This document shows positions 25,597 to 34,719 of a DNA stretch of 54,592 bases, piece by piece. This DNA is from Bacilli bacterium (GTDB taxonomy: Bacteria; Bacillota_I; Bacilli_A; RF39; UBA660), in assembly GCA_041655735.1 (NCBI GenBank), contig JBBAEV010000002.1, forward strand, positions 1-54,592, given 5' to 3'. Under the pieces are notes generated by a model that was given only the letters and a program-made list of their open reading frames with translations, was not told the origin of the DNA and ran no database searches. Position 1 is the first letter of the stretch. Every line of letters begins with the position of its first letter. The translations under genes were made by a program, and so were the position numbers.

Positions 25597-28092
25597 ATGA
25601 AAGACATAATACAAAAGATATATGATTACTCATTAGAAGAAATAATAGGAGAAAGATTTGGAAGTTATTCTAAATATATAATCCAAGATAGAGCTATCCC
25701 TGATATTAGAGATGGATTAAAACCTGTTCAAAGAAGAATCCTTTATGCTATGTATAAAGATAAAAATACATATGATAAAGCTTTTAGAAAGAGTGCTAAA
25801 ACAGTTGGTAATGTTATGGCTAATTATCATCCGCATGGGGACTCTAGTATTTATGATGCTATGGTTCGTATGAGTCAAGATTGGAAACAAAAAGAACCAT
25901 ATATAGAAATGCATGGTAATAATGGATCTATTGATGGTGATACAGCTGCTGCCATGCGTTATACTGAAGCAAGACTTTCTAAAATAAGTAATGAATTATT
26001 AAAAGGGATAGAAAGAGATACTGTTGTATTTGCTCCTAATTTTGATGATACCGAGCTAGAACCTACGGTATTACCTGGACGTTATCCTAATTTATTAGTA
26101 AATGGGGCGACTGGTATAAGTGCTGGTTATGCAACTAATATACCTCCTCACAACTTAGGAGAACTAATAGAAGCTACTATAAAAAGAATTGATGTTCCGA
26201 ACTGTCGTTTAGAAACAATAATGGATATTGTAAAAGGACCTGATTTTCCAACAGGTGGTATTGTTCAAGGACTTGATGGCATTAAATCAGCTTATACTGA
26301 TGGAAAAGGTAAAATAATAATTAAATCTAAGATAGAACATGAAAAAAATAGATTAGTTATTACTGAAATACCATATGAAGTAAATAAAGCTAATTTAGTT
26401 GCTAAGATGGATGAAATTAGAATCGATAAGAAAATAGAAGGAATTAACGAAGTTAGAGATGAATCAGATCGTGAAGGCCTTCGTATTGTTATTGAGTTGA
26501 AAAAAGATGCTAAAGAAGATTTGATTGAAAAATATCTATTAAAGAATACTGAACTACAAGTACCATATGCTTTTAATATTATCGCAATAGTAGGCAGAAG
26601 ACCTAAACAATTAGGTTTACTAGAAATATTAGATGCTTACATTGCTTTTCAAATAGAAGTTATAACTAAAAGAACACAGTTTGATTTAGCTCATATGAAG
26701 AAAAGATTACACATTGTAGAAGGTCTTATTAAAGCTTTATCAATACTTGATGAGGTTATAAAAACAATAAGAAAAAGTAAAAACAAAAGTGATGCTAAAG
26801 ATAATTTAGTAAAAGAATATAATTTTACTGTTGAACAAGCTGAAGCCATTGTTATGTTACAACTATATAAATTAACTAATACTGATGTAACCTTACTAGA
26901 AGAAGAATTAAATAACTTAATAAATATGATTAAACAACTAACATTAATTTTAGAAAATGATGACATGTTAAAAAAAGTTATTAAAAATGAATTAAGAGAA
27001 ATTAAGAAAACATATAAAACTGATAGAAAAACTGTAGTAGAGGCTGAAATAGAAGAAATAAAAATAGACACTATTAAAATGATTCCTAAAGAAGATGTAA
27101 TAGTAGCTATATCTAAAGATGGTTATGTAAAACAAGTGTCTACTAGATCCTATAGTTCATCTGAAGGAGAATTCTCCGGATTAAAAGATGGAGACTATTT
27201 AATTGGCTTATATGAAATGAATACTAGAAATACCATATTGTTATTTACTGATTTAGGTAATTATTTATATGTACCAGTATATGAACTTCCTGATGCTAAG
27301 TGGAAGGAATTAGGTAAACATATAAGCAACATTATTAAGTTAAAACCAGATGAAAACATAATAGGAGCTATACCTATATATGATTTTAAAGAAGATAAAT
27401 ACATTACTATCTTTACTAAAAAAGGAATGGTAAAAAGAACCTCTGCTTCTGAATTCGAGGTTCAAAGATATTCTAAACCAATGATGGCTATAAAGTTAAA
27501 GGATAATGATAAAGTAACTAACGTGTCTATATCTAAGGATAAAGAAGTATTTATTACTACTCATAATGGATATGGATTAAGATATAAAATAGAAGAAATT
27601 CCACTAGTAGGTACTAAAACATCAGGAGTTAAATCAATATCATTAAAACAAGGAGATTATGTAGTAAGTGGTAATATATTTGAAAATAGTGAATATTTAT
27701 CTATATTAACTGATAAAGGAACTGGTAAAAGAATAAAATTATCAGAAATAGAACCTATTTCAAGAGCTAAAAGAGGAGTATTAGTAATAAGAGAAGTAAA
27801 AACTAATCCTCATAAGATAATAAGTACTTATATTGAAGACTCTAAAGATATAGTAACAGTTATTTCTAAAAATGATACAAAAGATATTAAATTAAATGAA
27901 CTTCCAATATGTGATAGATATAGCACTGGATCATCTATATCTAAATCAATAACAAATAGTTATTTACATATTAATTTAGAAAAGAATAAAGATAATAAAA
28001 TAAATGATGATATTCGAAAAGAAGTATCGTTAGAAGAAATAGATGAAAAAATACTAACTATTGATGATTTCTTAGATGATATGGAGATATAG
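25597..28092 (+). CDS. parC: DNA topoisomerase IV subunit A
   Basis: ParC-type N-terminus (ERFGSYSKYIIQDRAIPDIRDGLKPVQRRILYAM). Catalytic Tyr context AAMRYTEARL. I found no GyrA-box (QRRGGKG-like) in the C-terminal domain. TGTTATAAT lies at 25573-25581. Confidence 0.88.
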   Translation: MKDIIQKIYDYSLEEIIGERFGSYSKYIIQDRAIPDIRDGLKPVQRRILYAMYKDKNTYDKAFRKSAKTVGNVMANYHPHGDSSIYDAMVRMSQDWKQKEPYIEMHGNNGSIDGDTAAAMRYTEARLSKISNELLKGIERDTVVFAPNFDDTELEPTVLPGRYPNLLVNGATGISAGYATNIPPHNLGELIEATIKRIDVPNCRLETIMDIVKGPDFPTGGIVQGLDGIKSAYTDGKGKIIIKSKIEHEKNRLVITEIPYEVNKANLVAKMDEIRIDKKIEGINEVRDESDREGLRIVIELKKDAKEDLIEKYLLKNTELQVPYAFNIIAIVGRRPKQLGLLEILDAYIAFQIEVITKRTQFDLAHMKKRLHIVEGLIKALSILDEVIKTIRKSKNKSDAKDNLVKEYNFTVEQAEAIVMLQLYKLTNTDVTLLEEELNNLINMIKQLTLILENDDMLKKVIKNELREIKKTYKTDRKTVVEAEIEEIKIDTIKMIPKEDVIVAISKDGYVKQVSTRSYSSSEGEFSGLKDGDYLIGLYEMNTRNTILLFTDLGNYLYVPVYELPDAKWKELGKHISNIIKLKPDENIIGAIPIYDFKEDKYITIFTKKGMVKRTSASEFEVQRYSKPMMAIKLKDNDKVTNVSISKDKEVFITTHNGYGLRYKIEEIPLVGTKTSGVKSISLKQGDYVVSGNIFENSEYLSILTDKGTGKRIKLSEIEPISRAKRGVLVIREVKTNPHKIISTYIEDSKDIVTVISKNDTKDIKLNELPICDRYSTGSSISKSITNSYLHINLEKNKDNKINDDIRKEVSLEEIDEKILTIDDFLDDMEI

Positions 28093-28131
28093 AAATATAT
28101 CTCCGTTTAAATATGTTTTTAAGGAGGTAAA

Positions 28132-29106
28132 ATGAATACAATAAAACCATGGGGAGAAAAAAACAAATTGACAGAAGAAGAAAAAACATATTATGAAAAT
28201 ATGTTTGAAGGTAAATATAAAATATTAGAACAAATAGGTATGACAGGAAGTAAAACATCTGCTTATCTATTAATTGATAAAAATAATAATAAATATGTTT
28301 TGAAAATTGCTAATGATAAAAATGATAAAGAATGGATTGATAGACAAAAAGAAACTATTGAAAACAGAGATTGTTTATTAGATGGATATTATGGAAATGT
28401 TTTCATCCCTAGAGTAATTTTAACAGGGAATAATTTTATTGTTGAAGAATATGCTGGTGAAGATTTTACAAAAGATCTTTATGATAGTCTTGACGAAATA
28501 GAAAGAAAACAAGTAGCTTTGGATATAGCTAATTTTTTAAATTTTATTCATCAGAAAAATCCAGTAAATGAAATATCTCCATTTACAGGATTTGATAAAC
28601 CAACATTTGAAGAAATAATTAATTACTGTAATAAAGATATATCAGAAAAGTTAAAAAATCATATTGATGAACTATTATTAAAATATAGTAGTAGAGATGT
28701 TTCTGATGAAATCACTACAAATGTGCATTCTGATATAAGATATCAAAATGTTTTATATAACAGAGATACAAAAAAAATATCTGTTATAGATTTTGAACTT
28801 ACAAGAAGAAAAAATATATATTATGATTTTGTACCAGCAGCACCTGCTTCATTTGAGATGTCATATGAATTTTTGTCTGATATTATAAATGATTATAATG
28901 ATCTTAATAAAAAGATTCCGATTATCATAGATATAGAAAAGGTAAAATTATTGCATAAACTTGGATGTTTCCACGAGTATGGAAGATGTGCTGTATATAG
29001 GAAAACACCTTCTAGTCAATTAAAAGGTATTATGGAAACTGTCAACAACCGACTTAATGATATTGATAATGGTTTTAGTAATGCTAATAGTAATATAAAA
29101 ACTTGA
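28132..29106 (+). CDS. APH/choline-kinase/CotS-type phosphotransferase family protein
   Basis: Kinase-fold signatures: YVLKI (beta3 Lys), catalytic loop HSDIRYQNVLY, and VIDFE. Substrate is unknown. Confidence 0.65.
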   Translation: MNTIKPWGEKNKLTEEEKTYYENMFEGKYKILEQIGMTGSKTSAYLLIDKNNNKYVLKIANDKNDKEWIDRQKETIENRDCLLDGYYGNVFIPRVILTGNNFIVEEYAGEDFTKDLYDSLDEIERKQVALDIANFLNFIHQKNPVNEISPFTGFDKPTFEEIINYCNKDISEKLKNHIDELLLKYSSRDVSDEITTNVHSDIRYQNVLYNRDTKKISVIDFELTRRKNIYYDFVPAAPASFEMSYEFLSDIINDYNDLNKKIPIIIDIEKVKLLHKLGCFHEYGRCAVYRKTPSSQLKGIMETVNNRLNDIDNGFSNANSNIKT

Positions 29107-29131
29107 CAAACTAATAAAAAAAACTTATCAT
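29103..29131 (+). promoter_or_regulatory. candidate promoter TTGACA-17-TATCAT overlapping the kinase stop codon
   Basis: TTGACA at 29103-29108 and TATCAT at 29126-29131. Confidence 0.45.
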
Positions 29132-29159
29132 AATTATCCCAAATTTAAGGAGGAGAAAT

Positions 29160-29423
29160 ATGATTGATTTAGAAGGTTTGAAAGAAATTAGTAATAACCT
29201 TGATAGATTAGAAGGCTCAACAATGCCTATTGATTTAGCTCAAGAAGATAGATATTATAGTGAAGCAGAAAAAGCATATATAGAGTCACAAAGTATTCCT
29301 AGTAATGAACTTCTAACAAGGACAACTATAAACGTAGACAAAAGATACCTACAAGCATTAACCATTTTTACTATTCATTGTATGAAGAATGAAGAGGCTG
29401 CTAGACAAATGATAAAGCAATAA
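29160..29423 (+). CDS. hypothetical 87-aa protein
   Basis: Strong SD AAGGAGGAG, and a terminator follows. No motif recognised. Confidence 0.5.
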   Translation: MIDLEGLKEISNNLDRLEGSTMPIDLAQEDRYYSEAEKAYIESQSIPSNELLTRTTINVDKRYLQALTIFTIHCMKNEEAARQMIKQ

Positions 29424-29453
29424 AAGAGATTATAAAAATTAATCTTTTTTTTT
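29423..29453 (+). terminator. intrinsic terminator
   Basis: AAAGAGATTA, a 7-nt loop, and TAATCTTTTT with one G-T pair, followed by a long T-run. Confidence 0.65.
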
Positions 29454-29495
29454 GTTTAAATAATGTTATAATTATATAAGAATAGGAGAGATAGT

Positions 29496-30764
29496 ATGCT
29501 TAGAGGATTAAAACTACCAAAACATAAAAATATGTCTCTAGGTAAAGATATATTAATTTATGATAAACCAAAATATGTATATATACCCCTTGCGATATAT
29601 AATAACCTTGAATGCACTCCTATGGTAAAAAAAGGTGATTATGTATATGTAGGAGATGTTATAGGTAAAAGAAATGATCATTTTAAATTACCTATTTGTT
29701 CTAGTATTAGTGGTGAAGTAATAGGTATTGAAAAAAGATATCATAGTAGTGGACATGAAGTAGATTGTATAAAAATAAAGAATGATTTTAAAAACAAAGT
29801 ATTAAAACAAGAATTAATTACTGATATAACTGATTATTCTAAAACTGATTTTATTTCATTAATTCAAACTAGTGGTGTGGTTGGTATGAGTGGTACTGAT
29901 TTTCCTACTTATATTAAATATAATACTAATAAAAAATTAAACACTTTACTTATAAATGGTACTGAATGTGAACCATATATAACATCAGATTATATATTAC
30001 TTTTAAATTATATAAAAGAAATATGTATAGGTATTCATGCTATACTTGGGATAATGAAGATAAATAAAGCTATTATTGCGATAAAAAAAGGACATCCTGA
30101 ATTAAAAAAGATAATATTAGATGAAATAGATAGTTATTCTTGTATTGAATTAAAAGAAGTTAGCGATTATTATCCTATTGGATGGGAAAAAGTATTAATT
30201 AGAAAAGCATTACATAAAAAATATGATAAATTACCAATTGATATAGGAGTTATTGTAAATAATGTATCTACAATATATGCAATATATCAAGTATTAAAAA
30301 ATAAACACTGTATAACTGATAGAATTATCACTATTACTGGCGATAAGATAAAAAAACCTACCAATGTATTGGTAAAAATAGGTACTCCTATAAGTGAAGT
30401 AATAGAATTTATTGGTGGTTATAAAAGAGGAAAAGATTTAAAGCTAATTGCGGGGGGTCCAATGACAGGCAATTCTATTAAAGTTGATAATCTAGTAGTT
30501 AGCGCTAACTTGAATGGTGTTCTTGTGCGAGAAAATGATAGTGATACATTTGATGATCAATGTATGAGATGTGGTAAATGTATAGATGTATGTCCTGTAA
30601 AAATATGTCCGGCATTAGTAAAAGATCATATTGATGATATAAATGAACTAAAGAAATTAAGGGTTGATAGATGTATTGAGTGTGGTTTATGCTCTTATAT
30701 ATGTCCTGCCAAAATAGAACTTCGTGAGTATGTAAAAAAAGGTAAAAGTAAAGTAGGTGATTAA
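29496..30764 (+). CDS. rnfC: Rnf complex subunit C
   Basis: LINGTECEPYITSDY plus two ferredoxin motifs, CMRCGKCIDVCP and CIECGLCSYICP. The glycine-rich motif reads GMSGTDFPT where GLGGAxFPT is usual. TGTTATAAT lies at 29464-29472. Confidence 0.85.
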   Translation: MLRGLKLPKHKNMSLGKDILIYDKPKYVYIPLAIYNNLECTPMVKKGDYVYVGDVIGKRNDHFKLPICSSISGEVIGIEKRYHSSGHEVDCIKIKNDFKNKVLKQELITDITDYSKTDFISLIQTSGVVGMSGTDFPTYIKYNTNKKLNTLLINGTECEPYITSDYILLLNYIKEICIGIHAILGIMKINKAIIAIKKGHPELKKIILDEIDSYSCIELKEVSDYYPIGWEKVLIRKALHKKYDKLPIDIGVIVNNVSTIYAIYQVLKNKHCITDRIITITGDKIKKPTNVLVKIGTPISEVIEFIGGYKRGKDLKLIAGGPMTGNSIKVDNLVVSANLNGVLVRENDSDTFDDQCMRCGKCIDVCPVKICPALVKDHIDDINELKKLRVDRCIECGLCSYICPAKIELREYVKKGKSKVGD

Positions 30765-32195
30765 ATGAAAGAATTTGCAACTAACCATGGCCCTCATATT
30801 AAAGATGACAATACTACTTCTAAAATGATGAGAAATCTATTTATCGCATTATTTCCTATTATAATATTTTCATATATAAAAAATGGGCTTCTTCCTTATT
30901 TAGATAATAATATTTCTTTTATTAATAGCTTAAAACCGTTATTAATGGTATTAATAGGAGGATTTACTTGTACATTAGTTGAAATATTTTGGGCTAAAAT
31001 TAATAAAAAAGAGAAAATAAGAGAATATATATCAAAATCATATCCAATATTTCCTGGTATATTTTTAGCATTGATTTTACCGCTTAATACGCCTTATTAT
31101 GTAATTATAATTGGAGCTATTTTTACCACCTTTTTTGGCAAACTTATATTTGGTGGTTTTGGTCACAATATATTTAATCCCGCAGGAGTAGGTAGACTTT
31201 TTATTATTCTTTCTTATTATTCTGTAATAACGGGAAGTGGTGGTTATTTAAATGGTAGTGAATTAGATGCAGTAAGTAGTGCTACTCCTTTAACAAATGC
31301 ATCTACTAATTTTATTGGTAATTATTCGACATTAGTTAAACCATTTGGAACCCTCTGGGATTTCTTTTTTGGGTTTATTCCTGGGTCACTTGGTGAAACT
31401 AGTGCATTACTTTGTATTATAGGTCTAATATTTTTATTAATTAAAAAAGTAATACCATGGCGTATTCCTATTATTTATATTGGAACGGTATTTATAATAA
31501 CTTTTATTATCGGTATGAGTAATAATTTAGGTATATGGTACCCACTATTTCATATATTAAGTGGGGGCTTAATGTTTGGAGCTATCTTTATGGCAACAGA
31601 TCCTGTTACATCTCCTACAACACCATCTGGACAAGCATTTTATGCCTTAGGATTAGGATTTTTAACTGTTGTCTTTAGATTTTTAAGTGCATATCCAGAA
31701 GGTGTATTAACCTCTATTCTCACAATGAATTTCTTAGTAATTATTATTGATAAAATATTTAGTAGGGGACGATATGATAGAAAGAAATTATTAATACCAT
31801 TTATTATATTACTATTATTAATAGGTTCTATTACTTACTATATAAGTACTAAAGATAAAGCTAAAATACCTGATGATAGTTCTGATTTTAAGGTAAATGA
31901 TATAAGTAGAGAAAATAATAATACTATTTATAATGTTACTTATAAAGGATATCATGGTAATATTGAAGCTAACATTACATTTATAGATAATAAAGTTATT
32001 AGTATAGATATTACTAAACAAAATGAAAATGTATGGCAATCTATTACTGATAACAATTATTTAAATAAAATAATTTCAAATCAAAGTAATTTAGAAAAAT
32101 TAGATGCGATAAGTGGTGCGACTTATACATCTGATTATTTAAAGGAAATGGTTGATAATACTATAAAATATCATGAAGGTGATAATGATGAATAA
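30765..32195 (+). CDS. rnfD: Rnf subunit D fused to an RnfG-like TM + FMN_bind module
   Basis: The RnfD core carries the flavinylation motif DAVSSATPL. From residue 340 (nt 31782) comes an extra TM helix (LLIPFIILLLLIGSITYYIS) and an RnfG-type domain (KGYHGNIE ... AISGATYTS). Confidence 0.85.
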   Translation: MKEFATNHGPHIKDDNTTSKMMRNLFIALFPIIIFSYIKNGLLPYLDNNISFINSLKPLLMVLIGGFTCTLVEIFWAKINKKEKIREYISKSYPIFPGIFLALILPLNTPYYVIIIGAIFTTFFGKLIFGGFGHNIFNPAGVGRLFIILSYYSVITGSGGYLNGSELDAVSSATPLTNASTNFIGNYSTLVKPFGTLWDFFFGFIPGSLGETSALLCIIGLIFLLIKKVIPWRIPIIYIGTVFIITFIIGMSNNLGIWYPLFHILSGGLMFGAIFMATDPVTSPTTPSGQAFYALGLGFLTVVFRFLSAYPEGVLTSILTMNFLVIIIDKIFSRGRYDRKKLLIPFIILLLLIGSITYYISTKDKAKIPDDSSDFKVNDISRENNNTIYNVTYKGYHGNIEANITFIDNKVISIDITKQNENVWQSITDNNYLNKIISNQSNLEKLDAISGATYTSDYLKEMVDNTIKYHEGDNDE

Positions 32196-32280
32196 CAAAA
32201 TAAAACCTATTTTTATTCTTACTTTAATTACTTTTATTGTAACATTATTAATTACCATTGTTTATAATTATACGAGGTGA
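32185..32280 (+). CDS. 31-aa TM mini-ORF resembling an RnfG N-terminal anchor
   Basis: MMNNKIKPIFILTLITFIVTLLITIVYNYTR. AAGGTGA lies just upstream. The stop overlaps the rnfE SD. Absent from the ORF track (too short). Confidence 0.3.
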   Translation: MMNNKIKPIFILTLITFIVTLLITIVYNYTR

Positions 32281-32284
32281 TAAT

Positions 32285-32908
32285 ATGAAAAAATTTTTTA
32301 AGAAAATAGTAAATGAAAATCCGGTTTTAGTATTAACTCTTGGTATGTGTCCTACCTTAGCTATTACTACAAAATTAGAAAATGCTTTAGTAATGGGAAT
32401 GGCTGTCACTATAGTATTAATATTATCTAATTTTATTATTTCTATAGTATCAAAATACATAGATAATAAAGTAAGGATACCTTGTTTTATAATTATTATC
32501 GCAGGATTAGTAACTATTCTTGAAATACTAATGAATACATATCTTCCTACAATGTATAAAATATTAGGAATATATATTCCCTTAATTGTAGTAAATTGTA
32601 TTATCTTAGGAAGAGCTGAAAGCTATGCCTCTAAGAATAAACCAATATCTAGTATTATTGATGGTTTAGCTATTGGATTAGGATTTACTTTAGCGATTTC
32701 TATTATTTCTGTTATAAGAGAAATAATAGGAAGCGGTACCTTAACTATTTTTGATAGTACATCTAAGTTAATTGGGTATAAAGCAATATATAATATATTT
32801 GATTATCCAATAAAAGTATTTACTACACCAGCAGGAGCTTTTTTAACATTAGCTATTATTATTGCGATAATAAATAAGATAAAAAGTAAAAAGGAGGTAG
32901 TTAAATAA
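32285..32908 (+). CDS. rnfE: Rnf complex subunit E
   Basis: NPVLVLTLGMCPTLAITT is the typical RnfE N-terminus. The ATG at 32285 follows GAGGTGA. The track start at 32258 is an upstream extension. Confidence 0.88.
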   Translation: MKKFFKKIVNENPVLVLTLGMCPTLAITTKLENALVMGMAVTIVLILSNFIISIVSKYIDNKVRIPCFIIIIAGLVTILEILMNTYLPTMYKILGIYIPLIVVNCIILGRAESYASKNKPISSIIDGLAIGLGFTLAISIISVIREIIGSGTLTIFDSTSKLIGYKAIYNIFDYPIKVFTTPAGAFLTLAIIIAIINKIKSKKEVVK

Positions 32909-33477
32909 TGAATTTACTAACTCTAGCGATTAATGCAATATTAATTGAAAATCTTATTTTAATGAAATTTTTAGGTATATGTCCTTTTATTGGACTTTCT
33001 AAAAGAAAAAGAACAGCTATTGGGATTAGTTTTGCTTCAATATTTGTAATGACAATATCATCTATTCTTTCATACTTTATATATTATAAGATATTAGTGC
33101 CTTATAATATGGAATATTTAAAAACAATAGTATTTATACTGGTAATCGCAACCTTTGTTCAATTAACTGAAATAATAATAAAATCGATATCTAAAACATT
33201 AGTAAAAACATTAGGTATATATTTACCCCTTCTTACTACCAATTGTGCTATATTAGGGGTAGCTTTAATTAGTGTAAATAGTGATTTTAACTTATTAGAA
33301 GTTATTATATATTCAATAAGTAGTGCTTTAGGATTTATGCTTGTTATGTATATTTTTGCAAGTCTTAGAGAAAGATTAGACAAATCTCCTATTCCTAAAT
33401 CATTTAAAGGACTTCCTATTGCGTTTGTCACGGCAGCTATACTATCAATGATATTTACTCAGTATATAGGAGCGTAA
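32908..33477 (+). CDS. rnfA: Rnf complex subunit A
   Basis: ENLILMKFLGICPFIG, with six hydrophobic helices. The start overlaps the rnfE stop (ATAATG). Confidence 0.9.
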   Translation: MNLLTLAINAILIENLILMKFLGICPFIGLSKRKRTAIGISFASIFVMTISSILSYFIYYKILVPYNMEYLKTIVFILVIATFVQLTEIIIKSISKTLVKTLGIYLPLLTTNCAILGVALISVNSDFNLLEVIIYSISSALGFMLVMYIFASLRERLDKSPIPKSFKGLPIAFVTAAILSMIFTQYIGA

Positions 33478-33478
33478 T

Positions 33479-33580
33479 ATGTGGATTTTATTAATATTAA
33501 TAATTTTATATACTTTCTCTTCATATAAAAATAATAATTGTAAATCATGTAAAAAAGATTGTAAGGGGTGTATTAAATGA
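33479..33580 (+). CDS. 33-aa TM + Cys-rich mini-protein (FeoB-associated Cys-rich / P12-like architecture)
   Basis: MWILLILIILYTFSSYKNNNCKSCKKDCKGCIK. AGGAG lies 6 nt upstream. It begins 2 nt after the rnfA stop. Confidence 0.4.
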   Translation: MWILLILIILYTFSSYKNNNCKSCKKDCKGCIK

Positions 33581-33678
33581 AATCAGTACTAATAGTAACA
33601 ATAATCTCTTTTATCGCAGGCCTGTTATTAATAATAGTTGATACATTTCTTAATAAAAAGAAAAATAATAAGAAATAA
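33577..33678 (+). CDS. 33-aa TM mini-ORF resembling the RnfB N-terminal anchor
   Basis: MKSVLIVTIISFIAGLLLIIVDTFLNKKKNNKK. ATGA overlap with the preceding mini-ORF. No Fe-S domain coding follows. Confidence 0.3.
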   Translation: MKSVLIVTIISFIAGLLLIIVDTFLNKKKNNKK

Positions 33679-33812
33679 CTATCACTAATGTCGATTATTA
33701 GGGAAATAAAGTTGTATAAAAACAGGAAAATATCTGTTAAATAATTTGCATTGTTATACTATTATGATATAATAAAAACTAGATGATAGGTTGATAAATG
33801 GAGGGAAGCATA

Positions 33813-34208
33813 ATGTTAGAAAAAATAAAAAAGATATTTACTGGTAGTGACAAAGAAAAATCTGATATAGTAGAAGATGAATTTTATGACGTTACTTCTG
33901 AAGATGCTTTTAAAGAATTAGGTGCTGATGGTAATAAAATGGTTCTTTTAGAACCTAAGGCTTTTTCTGAATCACAAGCTATAGCGGATCACTTAAAATC
34001 AAGGAGATCGGTAGTAGTTAATTTTAAAAGGGTAACTCCTGAACAAGCAAAAAGGATTGTTGATTTTTTAAGTGGTACAGTATATGCCATTGGTGGAGAT
34101 CTACAAAAATTAGGTAATGGTATTTTTTTATGTACTCCTCGCAACGTTCCTGTTGAAGGAAAAATGACTGAAAATGATGATAATGAATTTGTAGATATAA
34201 AGTTATAA
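33813..34208 (+). CDS. sepF: cell division protein SepF
   Basis: [43 protein letters not shown] is the SepF core. The ATG at 33813 follows GGAGGGA. Confidence 0.9.
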   Translation: MLEKIKKIFTGSDKEKSDIVEDEFYDVTSEDAFKELGADGNKMVLLEPKAFSESQAIADHLKSRRSVVVNFKRVTPEQAKRIVDFLSGTVYAIGGDLQKLGNGIFLCTPRNVPVEGKMTENDDNEFVDIKL

Positions 34209-34263
34209 ATGGTTGCATTTTTATAAAAAGATGTTAAAATATTAGATGTATTGAGGTGGCGTT

Positions 34264-34692
34264 ATGGAGAAGTTCACTAAAGTACTCCGTGGATACAATC
34301 CGGTGGAAGTAAACAAATTTATAGATGAGATTATTTTTAAAGTAGAAAGCATGATGGATGAAATAAAGGGAAAAGACAATGAAATCAATCTAATTAAAGA
34401 AAAATTGTCTCATTATAACGCAATTGAAACGACTTTAAATAAGGCGATTTTTGCAGCTCAAGAAGCAGGAGATCAAATTAAAAGAGTATCCCGCCAAGAA
34501 GGTAATTTAATTGTAGAAGAAGCTAAAAAGAATGCTAATAGAATTGTTAATGAAGCCTTAATACGAGCAGAGCGAACTGAATATGAAACAAATTTATTAA
34601 AAAAGAATATTTCCGTATTTAAAAATAGATTAAGAAATATTATTGAAGCTCAACTAGAAATGGTTGACGATATTGATAAAACTGAAATATAA
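34264..34692 (+). CDS. divIVA: DivIVA-domain protein
   Basis: FTKVLRGYNPVEVNKFIDEI followed by a coiled coil. The position upstream of the ileS T-box matches B. subtilis. Confidence 0.82.
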   Translation: MEKFTKVLRGYNPVEVNKFIDEIIFKVESMMDEIKGKDNEINLIKEKLSHYNAIETTLNKAIFAAQEAGDQIKRVSRQEGNLIVEEAKKNANRIVNEALIRAERTEYETNLLKKNISVFKNRLRNIIEAQLEMVDDIDKTEI

Positions 34693-34719
34693 AACAAATG
34701 ATAGAGATGATATAATAAG

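Noticed and set aside
28083-28104. A perfect 9-bp hairpin with a GAAA loop overlapping the parC stop, considered as a terminator.
   Set aside because: No T-run follows it (GTTTAAAT), and the kinase gene's SD comes 20 nt later. It is more likely a stabilising 3' or intercistronic structure. It is mentioned only within the kinase finding.
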